DNA of 64,000 bases from Escherichia phage vB_EcoM_G50. The stretch lies in sequence record NC_054917.1; one strand, written 5' to 3'. Positions within the stretch are counted from its first letter, which is position 1. The number at the start of each line of letters is the position of its first letter. Below are positions 53,201 to 61,627 of the stretch, in pieces. The notes below the pieces were generated by a model. That model saw only the letters and a list, made by a program, of their open reading frames with translations, did not search any database and was not told the origin of the DNA. Made by a program: the position numbers and the translations under genes.

Positions 53201-53996
53201 TAGTAAGCGTCCTTTCGCTATTAACTTAACAACCGGTGAAGTGATGATGAATAATGGCATAGCTGTTCGCAGCGCTGCTTTATTCTATAATAGCATAAAC
53301 GTCAAAGATAATGGTTCTATTAACTTTGATAAATCAGGTGCTAACCCGAGAAATATGAGAATATTTCATGCTGGCGATGCTTCTCGCGGTAACCGTATTG
53401 AAATTGCCGATGAAACTAACTATATTGCTTACTTTGAAAAAGCTCCAGGTGGAGCTAACCGCTTTGTAGTAAATAATGCTACTGTAGCTGGTGTTAACCA
53501 AATGAATTCATTTGGTATTAATATCAATAACGCACTTGGTGGAAATAGTATAGCATTTGGTGATAGCGATACTGGTATTAAGCAAAATGGCGATGGATTA
53601 TTAGACATATATGCGAACAGCGTACAAGTATTCCGTTTCCAAAACGGTGATTTGTACTCATACAAAAATATAAATGCTCCAAACGTTTATATTCGTTCTG
53701 ATATTCGTTTAAAATCCAACTTTAAACCTATCGAAAATGCACTTGATAAAGTTGAAAAACTTAACGGTGTCATTTACGATAAAGCTGAATACATTGGTGG
53801 AGAGGCAATTGAAACTGAAGCGGGTATTGTGGCTCAAACGCTACAAGACGTTTTACCAGAAGCTGTCCGTGAAACAGAAGACAGTAAGGGTAATAAAATA
53901 CTCACTGTTTCTTCTCAAGCCCAGATTGCTCTTCTGGTTGAAGCTGTGAAAACACTTTCTGCTCGTGTAAAAGAACTTGAATCTAAACTTATGTAA
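50241..53996 (+). CDS. 37: Long tail fibre distal subunit gp37, T2-type with C-terminal intramolecular chaperone domain
   Basis: 1251 aa (T4 gp37 is ~1026 as I recall); N-terminal [43 protein letters not shown] conserved; C-terminal ~100 aa begin with SDIRLK (S74-like Ser/Lys autocleavage motif). Confidence 0.9.
   Translation: [1251 protein letters not shown]
53697..53993 (+). other. Predicted intramolecular chaperone / autoproteolytic (peptidase S74-like) C-terminal domain of gp37
   Basis: Motif [28 protein letters not shown]... followed by helical C-terminus, as in endosialidase and T5 pb1 IMC domains. Confidence 0.6.
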
Positions 53997-53997
53997 A

Positions 53998-54015
53998 AGA
54001 GGGCTTCGGCCCTCT
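53998..54015 (+). terminator. Hairpin between genes 37 and 38 (possible attenuator)
   Basis: agagggc-ttcg-gccctct immediately after gene 37 stop; weak T-tract. Confidence 0.4.
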
Positions 54016-54026
54016 AAGGATTTTTA

Positions 54027-54818
54027 ATGGCAATTGTAGGTGTTCCTGGCTGGATTGGCGAATCTGCCGTGAATGAAACTGGACAACGTTGGATGGATGC
54101 TGCAATGAAAGCAGTTCGCGTTTCAGTTCCTGGTTGGATGAGCTCAATGGCTGGACAATCTAAAGAAGTATATTACAGTATTGGTGCTAGCAATTCTTAT
54201 AATAAAGACACGCTAATAAATTGGATAAAAGCCCAAGGAAGCACTCCTGTTGTTATTACAATTACAGGCAATATCGTTTCTTCATCGACAGGTCAACCAT
54301 GCTTAGATTTTCCTAGCTCATTAACTAATGCATACGTTACCTTAAACATTAATAGTGGGGTTCATGTATTAGGTCGGGGAGGAAATGGCGGAAGTAACTC
54401 TGCTGGTAGAGCAGGCGGAACTGCAATAAATAACGGAATTGGAACTCGTTTAAGAATAAACAATAATGGTATTATTGGCGGTGGCGGCGGTGGCGGCGCA
54501 GGCGCTAGATACAATCCTTTCCCTCAAATGGATATGATATTTGGCGGTGGCGGAGGTCGTCCATTTGGTGCAGCCGGTGCAGCTGGAGGCGGTGCCGCGG
54601 CAGCATCGGCTGGTACAATTTCTGCTCCTGGTAAAGGCACTGTTTCTGGGGTTCACCACGGAGGAGATGGTGGAGATTTGGGAGCTGCTGGCAAATCTTC
54701 ATATATTCAAGGCGGTACTGGAGGAACTATTTACTCGGGTGGCGCTGCTGGTAAAGCTGTTACTGGAAACGCTCCAACTTGGACTAAAGTTGGTACAATA
54801 TATGGTGCAAGGGTATAA
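54027..54818 (+). CDS. 38: Receptor-recognising adhesin gp38, T2-type with glycine-rich motifs
   Basis: 263 aa (T4 gp38 chaperone is 183 aa); poly-Gly tracts IIGGGGGGGAGA, FGGGGGRPFGAAGAAGGGAAAAS separated by variable segments. Confidence 0.88.
   Translation: MAIVGVPGWIGESAVNETGQRWMDAAMKAVRVSVPGWMSSMAGQSKEVYYSIGASNSYNKDTLINWIKAQGSTPVVITITGNIVSSSTGQPCLDFPSSLTNAYVTLNINSGVHVLGRGGNGGSNSAGRAGGTAINNGIGTRLRINNNGIIGGGGGGGAGARYNPFPQMDMIFGGGGGRPFGAAGAAGGGAAAASAGTISAPGKGTVSGVHHGGDGGDLGAAGKSSYIQGGTGGTIYSGGAAGKAVTGNAPTWTKVGTIYGARV
54478..54600 (+). repeat. GGN-codon low-complexity repeats encoding the glycine-rich motifs of gp38
   Basis: Runs of ggcggtggcggcggtggcggcgcaggc and ggcggtggcggaggt; these generate the spurious overlapping ORFs in other frames. 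Confidence 0.7.
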
Positions 54819-54849
54819 TTTTGAATAAATATCCTTAAAAGGAGGGTCT

Positions 54850-55506
54850 ATGGCAGCACCTAGAATATCATTTTCGCCCTCTGATATTCTGTTGGGTGTT
54901 CTAGATCGCTTGTTCAAAGATAACGCTACCGGGAAAGTTCTTGCTTCCCGGGTAGCTGTCGTAATTCTTTTGTTTATAATGGCGATTGTTTGGTATAGGG
55001 GAGATAGTTTCTTTGAGTACTATAAGCAATCAAAGTATGAAACATACAGTGAAATTATTGAAAAGGAAAGAAATGCACGCTTTGAATCTGTCGCCCTGGA
55101 ACAACTCCAGATAGTTCACATATCATCTGAGGCAGACTTTAGTGCGGTGTATTCTTTCCGCCCTAAAAACTTAAACTATTTTGTTGATATTATAGCATAT
55201 GAAGGAAAATTACCTTCAACAATAAGTGAAAAATCACTTGGAGGATATCCTGTTGATAAAACTATGGATGAATACACAGTTCATTTAAATGGACGTCATT
55301 ATTATTCCAACTCAAAATTTGCTTTTTTACCAACTAAAAAGCCTACTCCCGAAATAAATTACATGTACAGTTGTCCATATTTTAATTTGGATAACATCTA
55401 TGCTGGAACAATAACCATGTACTGGTATAGAAATGATCATATAAGTAATGACCGCCTTGAATCAATATGTTCTCAGGCGGCCAGAATATTAGGAAGGGCT
55501 AAATAA
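54850..55506 (+). CDS. t: Holin T
   Basis: 218 aa, MAAPRISFSPSDILLGVLDRLFKDNATGKVLASRVAVVILLFIMAIVWYRG...; single TM near N-terminus with large periplasmic domain; matches T4 T. Confidence 0.95.
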   Translation: MAAPRISFSPSDILLGVLDRLFKDNATGKVLASRVAVVILLFIMAIVWYRGDSFFEYYKQSKYETYSEIIEKERNARFESVALEQLQIVHISSEADFSAVYSFRPKNLNYFVDIIAYEGKLPSTISEKSLGGYPVDKTMDEYTVHLNGRHYYSNSKFAFLPTKKPTPEINYMYSCPYFNLDNIYAGTITMYWYRNDHISNDRLESICSQAARILGRAK

Positions 55507-55779
55507 TTATTTGTTTGTATACATCTCTAGATATCGATATACACCCTCAAAACCCTCGTTGAATTCGTCGATGAGGGTTTTCTTATCTTCTTGAGTTAAT
55601 TCAGAAACAATTTTACGGAATGAATTCTGATTTAACTTTCTACCTTCATGCGTTACTCCAATCTCATTCAGAAATGCAATAAAATTAGCACGATTCTCAA
55701 CAATATCTTCTCTGGAAAATTTAATCAAAATAGACGCAACAGTAATAATTTCACGAACTGTATCAATGTTTTTATTCAT
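55507..55779 (-). CDS. asiA: Anti-sigma-70 factor AsiA
   Basis: 90 aa, MNKNIDTVREIITVASILIKFSREDIVENRANFIAFLNEIGVTHEGRKLNQNSFRKIVSELTQEDKKTLIDEFNEGFEGVYRYLEMYTNK. Confidence 0.95.
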   Translation of the reverse strand: MNKNIDTVREIITVASILIKFSREDIVENRANFIAFLNEIGVTHEGRKLNQNSFRKIVSELTQEDKKTLIDEFNEGFEGVYRYLEMYTNK

Positions 55780-55791
55780 TAACTATACCAC

Positions 55792-55944
55792 TCAATTAGT
55801 TGACTTTATTATAATATCATCAGACACTTGATTTGTAAACTGGTCTGTGTTATTTTCTTCAAAAATTTTTTCTACGAATTCTTTGAACGACTCACGTTCC
55901 TGAGCTACATTATGCTCGATTACCTTTTCAAGATTATGACTCAT
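55792..55944 (-). CDS. Small acidic ORF (~50 aa)
   Basis: ATG overlaps stop of upstream ORF (ATGA); MSHNLEKVIEHNVAQERESFKEFVEKIFEENNTDQFTN...; below ORF-track cutoff. Confidence 0.4.
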   Translation of the reverse strand: MSHNLEKVIEHNVAQERESFKEFVEKIFEENNTDQFTNQVSDDIIIKSTN

Positions 55945-56219
55945 TCGAAATAATCTTCAATTTCGTAATCATGGACGTAAATCATTATAGTTTTTAATAC
56001 ATCATCAATACTTTTTCCTGGAGCTGGAATTACGTAAAAATATCCCGCCTTTGAGTTATCTTTATAAGTTCCAACCAAGAAATCATTATTCTCAAGATGT
56101 AGTTCTTCAACTAATTCATCGACAATTGAGTGGTATAAATTTGGTAGAAACTTATATAGCTTTTCTAGAATATCAATTTTGATTGTATATTGAACCACAG
56201 ATTGAGAATCAATAATCAT
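55941..56219 (-). CDS. arn: Arn-position protein (T4 Arn is an anti-restriction DNA mimic)
   Basis: 92-aa acidic ORF next to asiA; call by position, size and acidity only. Confidence 0.6.
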   Translation of the reverse strand: MIIDSQSVVQYTIKIDILEKLYKFLPNLYHSIVDELVEELHLENNDFLVGTYKDNSKAGYFYVIPAPGKSIDDVLKTIMIYVHDYEIEDYFE

Positions 56220-56302
56220 AGACCTTCCCCTTATGTTTCTGTTTGCGATTAGATTCTTTAAACGCTTTCTTCTTATCCTTATGGACAGAAGCTCTATTAA
56301 AA

Positions 56303-56521
56303 TTATGTTTTGCGACTAAATTGTTCATAATGCTGAATTACCTCTCTTAAACATTTGCATGTGAATGAAAACTTTTTAGCTACACCACATTCAAATATAT
56401 GTTCTCTTAAATCACGTGTGTCAGTATATCCCATCTCAACGATAAAATGCCGTATTAGATTTTTATCTTTATCATTGAGAGAATTAAAATAATCGGATTT
56501 TGAATTAATTTCCCTGGCCAA
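56303..56521 (-). CDS. Hypothetical protein
   Basis: 72-aa ORF. Confidence 0.55.
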   Translation of the reverse strand: MAREINSKSDYFNSLNDKDKNLIRHFIVEMGYTDTRDLREHIFECGVAKKFSFTCKCLREVIQHYEQFSRKT

Positions 56522-56801
56522 ATTGAATCACCTTCAGTTGACGTTTTAGTTCTTTTATCATTTCTTCGTTCATCGCAATATAAAGATCGCGTAAAGCAGG
56601 TTTTAGCATTCCATTTACTGGAGAACTAAATGGACATACATAATCTTTTCCTACGAGCTTTTTAGTGAATTCCATATTACAGAACTGAAATGCCGGTTCA
56701 TTGGCATAAATTCCCCATTTGGTTGACATCATTTTATTGGCATATTCCAATGCCTGGATTTGATTCATAATTCCATCAATTTGAAACTTTTTAATATTCA
56801 T
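56505..56801 (-). CDS. Hypothetical protein
   Basis: 98-aa ORF. Confidence 0.6.
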   Translation of the reverse strand: MNIKKFQIDGIMNQIQALEYANKMMSTKWGIYANEPAFQFCNMEFTKKLVGKDYVCPFSSPVNGMLKPALRDLYIAMNEEMIKELKRQLKVIQFGQGN

Positions 56802-57262
56802 TAGTAAAGGTCCTCAGAGTAAAGTTCTTTTTCACTACCACCACGTTCAATACGTACTTGTCCAGCGTAAGTTGCAATAATCATTGCTTCTTCACGTGTC
56901 CAATAATTACTATATTGGTCAATAAATCCTTGGTCATCATCACAAACTTGCTGAGTAACTAATTGAGGTTTAACTACATCTAAAACTGCTGCCATATCTT
57001 TAGAATAATGACGAGCACCTGGAATAACAAGAGTTCGTCCATCTTTTAATTTAAAACGGTTGGCTGCACAAACAATTCGTCGTTGATACTTTTGGTTTTC
57101 ATCCCAGTATGCAGACTGCCAACAGATTTCAGGAACTTCTTTTAGAATATCTTCTTCTGCGCATTTATAACCATGCGCTTTAAATTTTTCAGCAAGACTT
57201 TCTGGAGTTTCACGAGATAAAGGAACATTTAGCATTTTTAAACGATTAATAAATGGGTTCAT
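56801..57262 (-). CDS. Hypothetical protein
   Basis: 153-aa ORF. Confidence 0.65.
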   Translation of the reverse strand: MNPFINRLKMLNVPLSRETPESLAEKFKAHGYKCAEEDILKEVPEICWQSAYWDENQKYQRRIVCAANRFKLKDGRTLVIPGARHYSKDMAAVLDVVKPQLVTQQVCDDDQGFIDQYSNYWTREEAMIIATYAGQVRIERGGSEKELYSEDLY

Positions 57263-57588
57263 TTAAACCATCCTTTAATACGCTGCCATAAAGTTTTCTG
57301 CTGAGCTTTGTTAACACCAATTGAGCGAATAACTGGTTGAGATTCTTGGAATTCTTTATAATCAGCCAGGTAAATTTCGTAAGCTGAATCTGTAAAGGAA
57401 CTTATCGCTGCCATGAAATTATTGCGAATACCTACTGGAGCATCTTTACTTTCACGAATAATCATGTATTTGCCAGTCTTAATCTTTACGATAGTTCCAA
57501 GATAAGCCCCGTGGTACCAGATGTCCCAACCCTCTTGAGTGGGTTCTGCGCAACGACGAAGTTCATTGATAATTTCTAACTTGTTCAT
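57259..57588 (-). CDS. Hypothetical protein
   Basis: 109-aa ORF. Confidence 0.6.
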   Translation of the reverse strand: MNKLEIINELRRCAEPTQEGWDIWYHGAYLGTIVKIKTGKYMIIRESKDAPVGIRNNFMAAISSFTDSAYEIYLADYKEFQESQPVIRSIGVNKAQQKTLWQRIKGWFK

Positions 57589-57598
57589 TATTTATTCC

Positions 57599-58234
57599 TC
57601 ACAGTTCAGATGCCACGATGATTACAGCTTCAATGTTTTCTGCCGAGCGTTTAATGTCAAGATACACATTACCGTTTTTAGCGATTTTACATGACATTCC
57701 GATATCAGTAAATTTCTGAATATGATGTTCCATCATTTTGTATCCAAAAATTCGCATATTTCCATTGTTGTTAATTTCAAAATTGCGAATTCCGTGAGTG
57801 CGTTTTTCTAAAATAGCGAGATAGTTACTACGATAAGTTTCAACCTTTTTAAGAACAAATCCATTTTCATCTAAAAGTTTTAACATAAAGTCTTTATCTT
57901 CTTCCATATCAGAAGTAATCTCGCGAGCTTTACGAGTTGCTCGTTTTTTAAGTAGTTCAGGAGCATTTTCCTGCGCATATAAAGTTGCTGCATTTGAAAT
58001 AATATCCTGAGCTTCACCTGTAATGATTAATCCATCACCAGATTTCTCCACCAGGCCTTTTTTAATCAATACCCCAATATTACTATTAACTACTGCATTA
58101 CCTAAATCTGGATGCACCTCACGAACTTCTGCAGCTGTAATGAAATCTTTCTTAGCAATGGTAATTAAAATCGCAGCAGTTTTTTCATTCAGAACATCGT
58201 TAGAAGCTTTGATGATGTAAGTTACTTTAGACAT
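57599..58234 (-). CDS. motA: Middle-mode transcription activator MotA
   Basis: 211 aa, MSKVTYIIKASNDVLNEKTAAILITIAKKDFITAAEVREVHPDLG...; matches T4 MotA. Confidence 0.95.
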   Translation of the reverse strand: MSKVTYIIKASNDVLNEKTAAILITIAKKDFITAAEVREVHPDLGNAVVNSNIGVLIKKGLVEKSGDGLIITGEAQDIISNAATLYAQENAPELLKKRATRKAREITSDMEEDKDFMLKLLDENGFVLKKVETYRSNYLAILEKRTHGIRNFEINNNGNMRIFGYKMMEHHIQKFTDIGMSCKIAKNGNVYLDIKRSAENIEAVIIVASEL

Positions 58235-58275
58235 TTTCTAATCTCCGTAATTCTGTATCAGTAGTTGATAGTTGT

Positions 58276-58305
58276 ATAATACCACAGTATGCTTTGGTTG
58301 TAAAC
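58276..58305 (-). promoter_or_regulatory. Early-type promoter for motA
   Basis: gttgatagttgtataataccacagtatgctttggttgtaaac with A/T-rich upstream tract. Confidence 0.5.
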
Positions 58306-58335
58306 CGTTTTGTGAAAAAAATTTTGAAATAAAAA

Positions 58336-58355
58336 AGGGAGAGCCTCGGCTCTCC
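58336..58355 (-). terminator. Rho-independent terminator after the gene 52 operon
   Basis: gggagagcc-tc-ggctctccc followed on minus strand by TTTTTTATTTC. Confidence 0.6.
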
Positions 58356-58361
58356 CTAAAA

Positions 58362-58511
58362 TTACTGCATGACTGTGATAACTGTCATGATAACACGTTG
58401 AATGCCGAACGCAAGAAGACCTCCTGCTACGGCTGGAACAACACCTAAACCCGCCAGTAAAATGCTACCAGATACTAATGCCGCGCTTGTAATACCTATA
58501 AATGGACTCAT
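58362..58511 (-). CDS. Small hydrophobic membrane peptide (~49 aa)
   Basis: ATG overlaps gene 52 stop (ATGA); MSPFIGITSAALVSGSILLAGLGVVPAVAGGLLAFGIQRVIMTVITVMQ; followed by strong terminator hairpin. Confidence 0.5.
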   Translation of the reverse strand: MSPFIGITSAALVSGSILLAGLGVVPAVAGGLLAFGIQRVIMTVITVMQ

Positions 58512-59836
58512 TTGATTTCCTCTAAATCTTTGGTGTATTCTGTAACTACATCAGTAGTTTTCCAATATTCGTTTTCTTCTTTCTTAGCTTTAGCTTCTTC
58601 AGCAAGTTTCTTTGCTTCATCAGAAGTCATATGAAAAATATTCATTCCGACTAGTTTATCAACATAAGAAGAATACATATCAATTTTAGAAAGTTCTTCG
58701 GTCAGTTCTTTGCGAGTTTTACCTTGCACAACAATTTCACCTGAAATTACTTTCTTAATGAAATGTGCCTTGGCAAAGGCTAAACGAAATGCTGATTCAG
58801 TTTCTTTGATTTTGTTATCAATTCGCTTTTGGACATAAGTTTTACGAACTTCAACAAAGTCTTTAATTAAATCAACTACGTTATCGTAAACTTGTAGCTT
58901 TCCTTTCTCATTAATAACAGTAATATTCTGGGAACGACGCTCAATCAACCCGAAGTCTTTCATGATTTTTGCATGGCGTTCTTCTTCGTTATCGCTCAAA
59001 GAATATTCTTTACGGAATTTAACTTTAAAGCCAAAGCCATGCTCACCACAAGCATCATCCCATGTAATGAAGCCTTTATCTTCAAGCGGGTCTAAGATTT
59101 TACTCACATAAGTTTCACGATCATACTTATACGGAATCTCAGTGATATTCATTTGAGTTCGTGAAGTAAACTTGTACGTTCCACGAATTTCATATTGACC
59201 GTCAATTTCAACGACTTCACCACGAAATTCTGGGAATTCTACCTTCGGTTTAGTTACTTTCTTTCCTTGAAGAGCTTGTAATACAGCTTTCTTAACAGAA
59301 GAAACGCTATGAGGAAGAATGTAAGTTGCATAACCAGTTGCAATACCGGAAACACCATTAAGAAGAACAGTAGGAATAATAGGCAAATAGAAAGCAGGAG
59401 GAATGTGTTCTTTATCTTGATGTACCGGAGCATATTCAGTATCTTTATATACACTATAGAAATTTTTACTTACACGAGCAAAAATATAACGACTTGCTGC
59501 TGCTTTTTGGACAGTACGAGAACCAAAGTTTCCTTGACCATCTAACAAAGGAAAGTTATTATTCCAAGTATTAGCCATCAAAGCCCCCGCGTCTTGCGCA
59601 GAGTTTTCACCATGATGATATCCAAGGTCAGCTACACCACCTGCAATAGAAGCGAGTTTGTGAAACTTATCTTTATTTCCTCGCGCCAAATCAAGAGCTC
59701 GAGCAATAACAAATCGTTGGACTGGCTTAAATCCATCAATCATATTTGGAATAGCACGATTTTCAACCGTGTACATAGCATAAGCCAGTGCTTCATTATC
59801 AATGATACTTTTTAAATCGCGATTATTCAGTTGCAT
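58508..59836 (-). CDS. 52: DNA topoisomerase II medium subunit gp52
   Basis: 442 aa, MQLNNRDLKSIIDNEALAYAMYTVENRAIPNMIDGFKPVQRFVIARAL...; matches T4 gp52. Confidence 0.95.
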   Translation of the reverse strand: MQLNNRDLKSIIDNEALAYAMYTVENRAIPNMIDGFKPVQRFVIARALDLARGNKDKFHKLASIAGGVADLGYHHGENSAQDAGALMANTWNNNFPLLDGQGNFGSRTVQKAAASRYIFARVSKNFYSVYKDTEYAPVHQDKEHIPPAFYLPIIPTVLLNGVSGIATGYATYILPHSVSSVKKAVLQALQGKKVTKPKVEFPEFRGEVVEIDGQYEIRGTYKFTSRTQMNITEIPYKYDRETYVSKILDPLEDKGFITWDDACGEHGFGFKVKFRKEYSLSDNEEERHAKIMKDFGLIERRSQNITVINEKGKLQVYDNVVDLIKDFVEVRKTYVQKRIDNKIKETESAFRLAFAKAHFIKKVISGEIVVQGKTRKELTEELSKIDMYSSYVDKLVGMNIFHMTSDEAKKLAEEAKAKKEENEYWKTTDVVTEYTKDLEEIK

Positions 59837-59840
59837 AAAT

Positions 59841-59981
59841 TTACCATACTAGTGAATGTAGTGCCATAATAACATCAGAAATGAAAAGCACGACTTGAAT
59901 TAATCCGAACATTACTCCATAATATAGTGCTATCAATAAAATAGCAAGGGCTACCGAGTAGCCCAAGATTTTCTTAATCAT
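59841..59981 (-). CDS. Small hydrophobic peptide (~46 aa)
   Basis: MIKKILGYSVALAILLIALYYGVMFGLIQVVLFISDVIMALHSLVW; overlaps stop of upstream ORF. Confidence 0.45.
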   Translation of the reverse strand: MIKKILGYSVALAILLIALYYGVMFGLIQVVLFISDVIMALHSLVW

Positions 59982-60132
59982 TAGTAGATAACAACACAAA
60001 TGTTAAATATGCACACATACCCTGGGCTAAAGCTTGTGAAAACACACTGCTAGCATCGATACAGATAGTTAAAACACATGCTACTATCCAACAAATAAAT
60101 GAAATAACTCCTAATAATTTTGCGATATTCAT
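59974..60132 (-). CDS. Small membrane protein (~52 aa), candidate equivalent of T4 ac
   Basis: MNIAKLLGVISFICWIVACVLTICIDASSVFSQALAQGMCAYLTFVLLSTND; position between stp and gene 52. Confidence 0.45.
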   Translation of the reverse strand: MNIAKLLGVISFICWIVACVLTICIDASSVFSQALAQGMCAYLTFVLLSTND

Positions 60133-60139
60133 ATTTTCC

Positions 60140-60220
60140 TCACTGGCGTCCGAAGACGCCTTTAGTTTTAAGATTGTTACGATAGAACTGCATCACATGT
60201 TCGTTATGGAAATTGCTCAT
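60140..60220 (-). CDS. stp: Stp peptide (activator of the host PrrC anticodon nuclease)
   Basis: 26 aa, [26 protein letters not shown], matches remembered T4 Stp; start overlaps ndd stop (TAATG). Confidence 0.75.
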
Positions 60221-60675
60221 TAATATGCCTGCAAAACAAATTTAAAATTATCAGCCAACATACGGTTCATTTCTTCAAGTGTTTGATACTCAGAATGATG
60301 ATTACGAGTAAACGCCAAAGCTAACTGACCCTTTCCAAATCCCGTCGTCAGAGGTTTCATCTTAGAAGCAGGCAAATAAAATACTGTATATGGAACATTG
60401 TTATTTGCAATAGTACGCGCAAGCTGAGATCGACGCTGGCGAATATGACTTAGAACTGCACTGAATCCTTGCTTAGAACGCTGATTACCTACATAAAATC
60501 GTGCAGATACACACGGATTATCAAATGGACCGCCAAATTTGCTCACTAAAAAGTAAAATCCAGGGTTAGACAAAATGTCTTTATGCGGAGTTCCAAAAAC
60601 CCATTCACCACCCTTGATTGTACCAATAACAGTTGCGCCTGCATTATTCAGATCAGTAACAGTCATATATTTCAT
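60220..60675 (-). CDS. ndd: Ndd-position protein (T4 Ndd disrupts the host nucleoid)
   Basis: 151-aa ORF at the T4 ndd position upstream of stp; call by position and size. Confidence 0.7.
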
Positions 60676-60734
60676 TTTAATTTCCTCTAATTATTTTCTA
60701 CTCCAAGGCCGCATGAATACATACGGCCGATAAA

Positions 60735-60950
60735 TTAATCGTCGCAGTCGACGCTCAATTCCCAAAACTCTTCTACAGTATAAGTTTCAGTATCATTTTC
60801 AATACAGAAACGTTCATTGCTGTTATTTGCTAAAGTAGCGTTAACTGTCATTTTCTCGCTAGTGCTCTTAAGAGGTGAAATACGAATTAACTGATCACCA
60901 TTATCTAAACAGAAAATTTCACCAACTTTTACATCTTTAAAAATTTTCAT
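60735..60950 (-). CDS. Hypothetical protein
   Basis: 71-aa ORF. Confidence 0.55.
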   Translation of the reverse strand: MKIFKDVKVGEIFCLDNGDQLIRISPLKSTSEKMTVNATLANNSNERFCIENDTETYTVEEFWELSVDCDD

Positions 60951-61065
60951 AATTCACCTCAAGGAGTATAAAATCCAAATGCAGTTGTTGACCATCCCAT
61001 CCAATATGGGATATTTGCGCCAATGTAAAATACAAGAATATAAAACCAAATGCTTAGTAAATTCA

Positions 61066-61284
61066 TTATTTTACACCATTCCAAATTGTTTCAACCACAG
61101 ATTTCAAACCATTTTGGTGAATATCCATTCCGACAACCGCCATCAAATAGATTCCAACCACAACTGAACCCAAGGCGAAAATCAACATGAAAATGAATAA
61201 AGCCGGAAAAATATTATCGAAAAACCATTCAATAAATGTAAAAGCACTACGTTTACGCTTCATATTTTCCTCACATAAATCCAA
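61066..61284 (-). CDS. Hypothetical membrane protein
   Basis: 72-aa ORF with two hydrophobic segments. Confidence 0.55.
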   Translation of the reverse strand: MDLCEENMKRKRSAFTFIEWFFDNIFPALFIFMLIFALGSVVVGIYLMAVVGMDIHQNGLKSVVETIWNGVK

Positions 61285-61384
61285 AGTAAGCGTTTAATAC
61301 ATCAATCATTAAAACGATTGGGAATATACTCAAAACTACTAGTATTATAACTACATTCCATATAGCTTTAACAATCTTTTTCAT
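61271..61384 (-). CDS. Small hydrophobic peptide (37 aa)
   Basis: Internal ATG with GGAGGAA Shine-Dalgarno; MKKIVKAIWNVVIILVVLSIFPIVLMIDVLNAYFGFM; early promoter upstream overlaps the ORF-track N-terminal extension. Confidence 0.45.
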   Translation of the reverse strand: MKKIVKAIWNVVIILVVLSIFPIVLMIDVLNAYFGFM

Positions 61385-61412
61385 TTTCTGTTCCTCCGTA
61401 GTTGATAAGATA

Positions 61413-61442
61413 ATAATACCACAGAGGAACAGTCTTGTAAAC
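61413..61442 (-). promoter_or_regulatory. Early-type promoter upstream of the 37-aa hydrophobic ORF
   Basis: gttgataagataataataccacagaggaacagtcttgtaaac. Confidence 0.4.
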
Positions 61443-61627
61443 AACTTTTTTAAAAATATTCGTAATAAATGTGAATGCCAATCACTACTGCCGAAACTTG
61501 CGCAACCCACCACGCACACGCAATAAGTACAGAATTAAAAATTTTCATAATAACCTCATCACAAAAGTAAATGTTAAACAAATTAATGGAATACTAATTA
61601 ACCAAACGAAACACCACCATAATGAAC

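Noticed and set aside
49829-53949. Internal ORFs within tail-fibre genes (49829..50059, 51625..51864, 52580..52834, 53429..53665, 53737..53949)
   Set aside because: Alternative-frame or antisense ORFs within long, well-supported structural genes.
54450-54917. Multiple overlapping ORFs (54450..54659, 54505..54702, 54541..54828, 54699..54917) in and after gene 38
   Set aside because: Artefacts of the GGN-repeat glycine-rich region, which stays open in several frames; gp38 itself explains the region.
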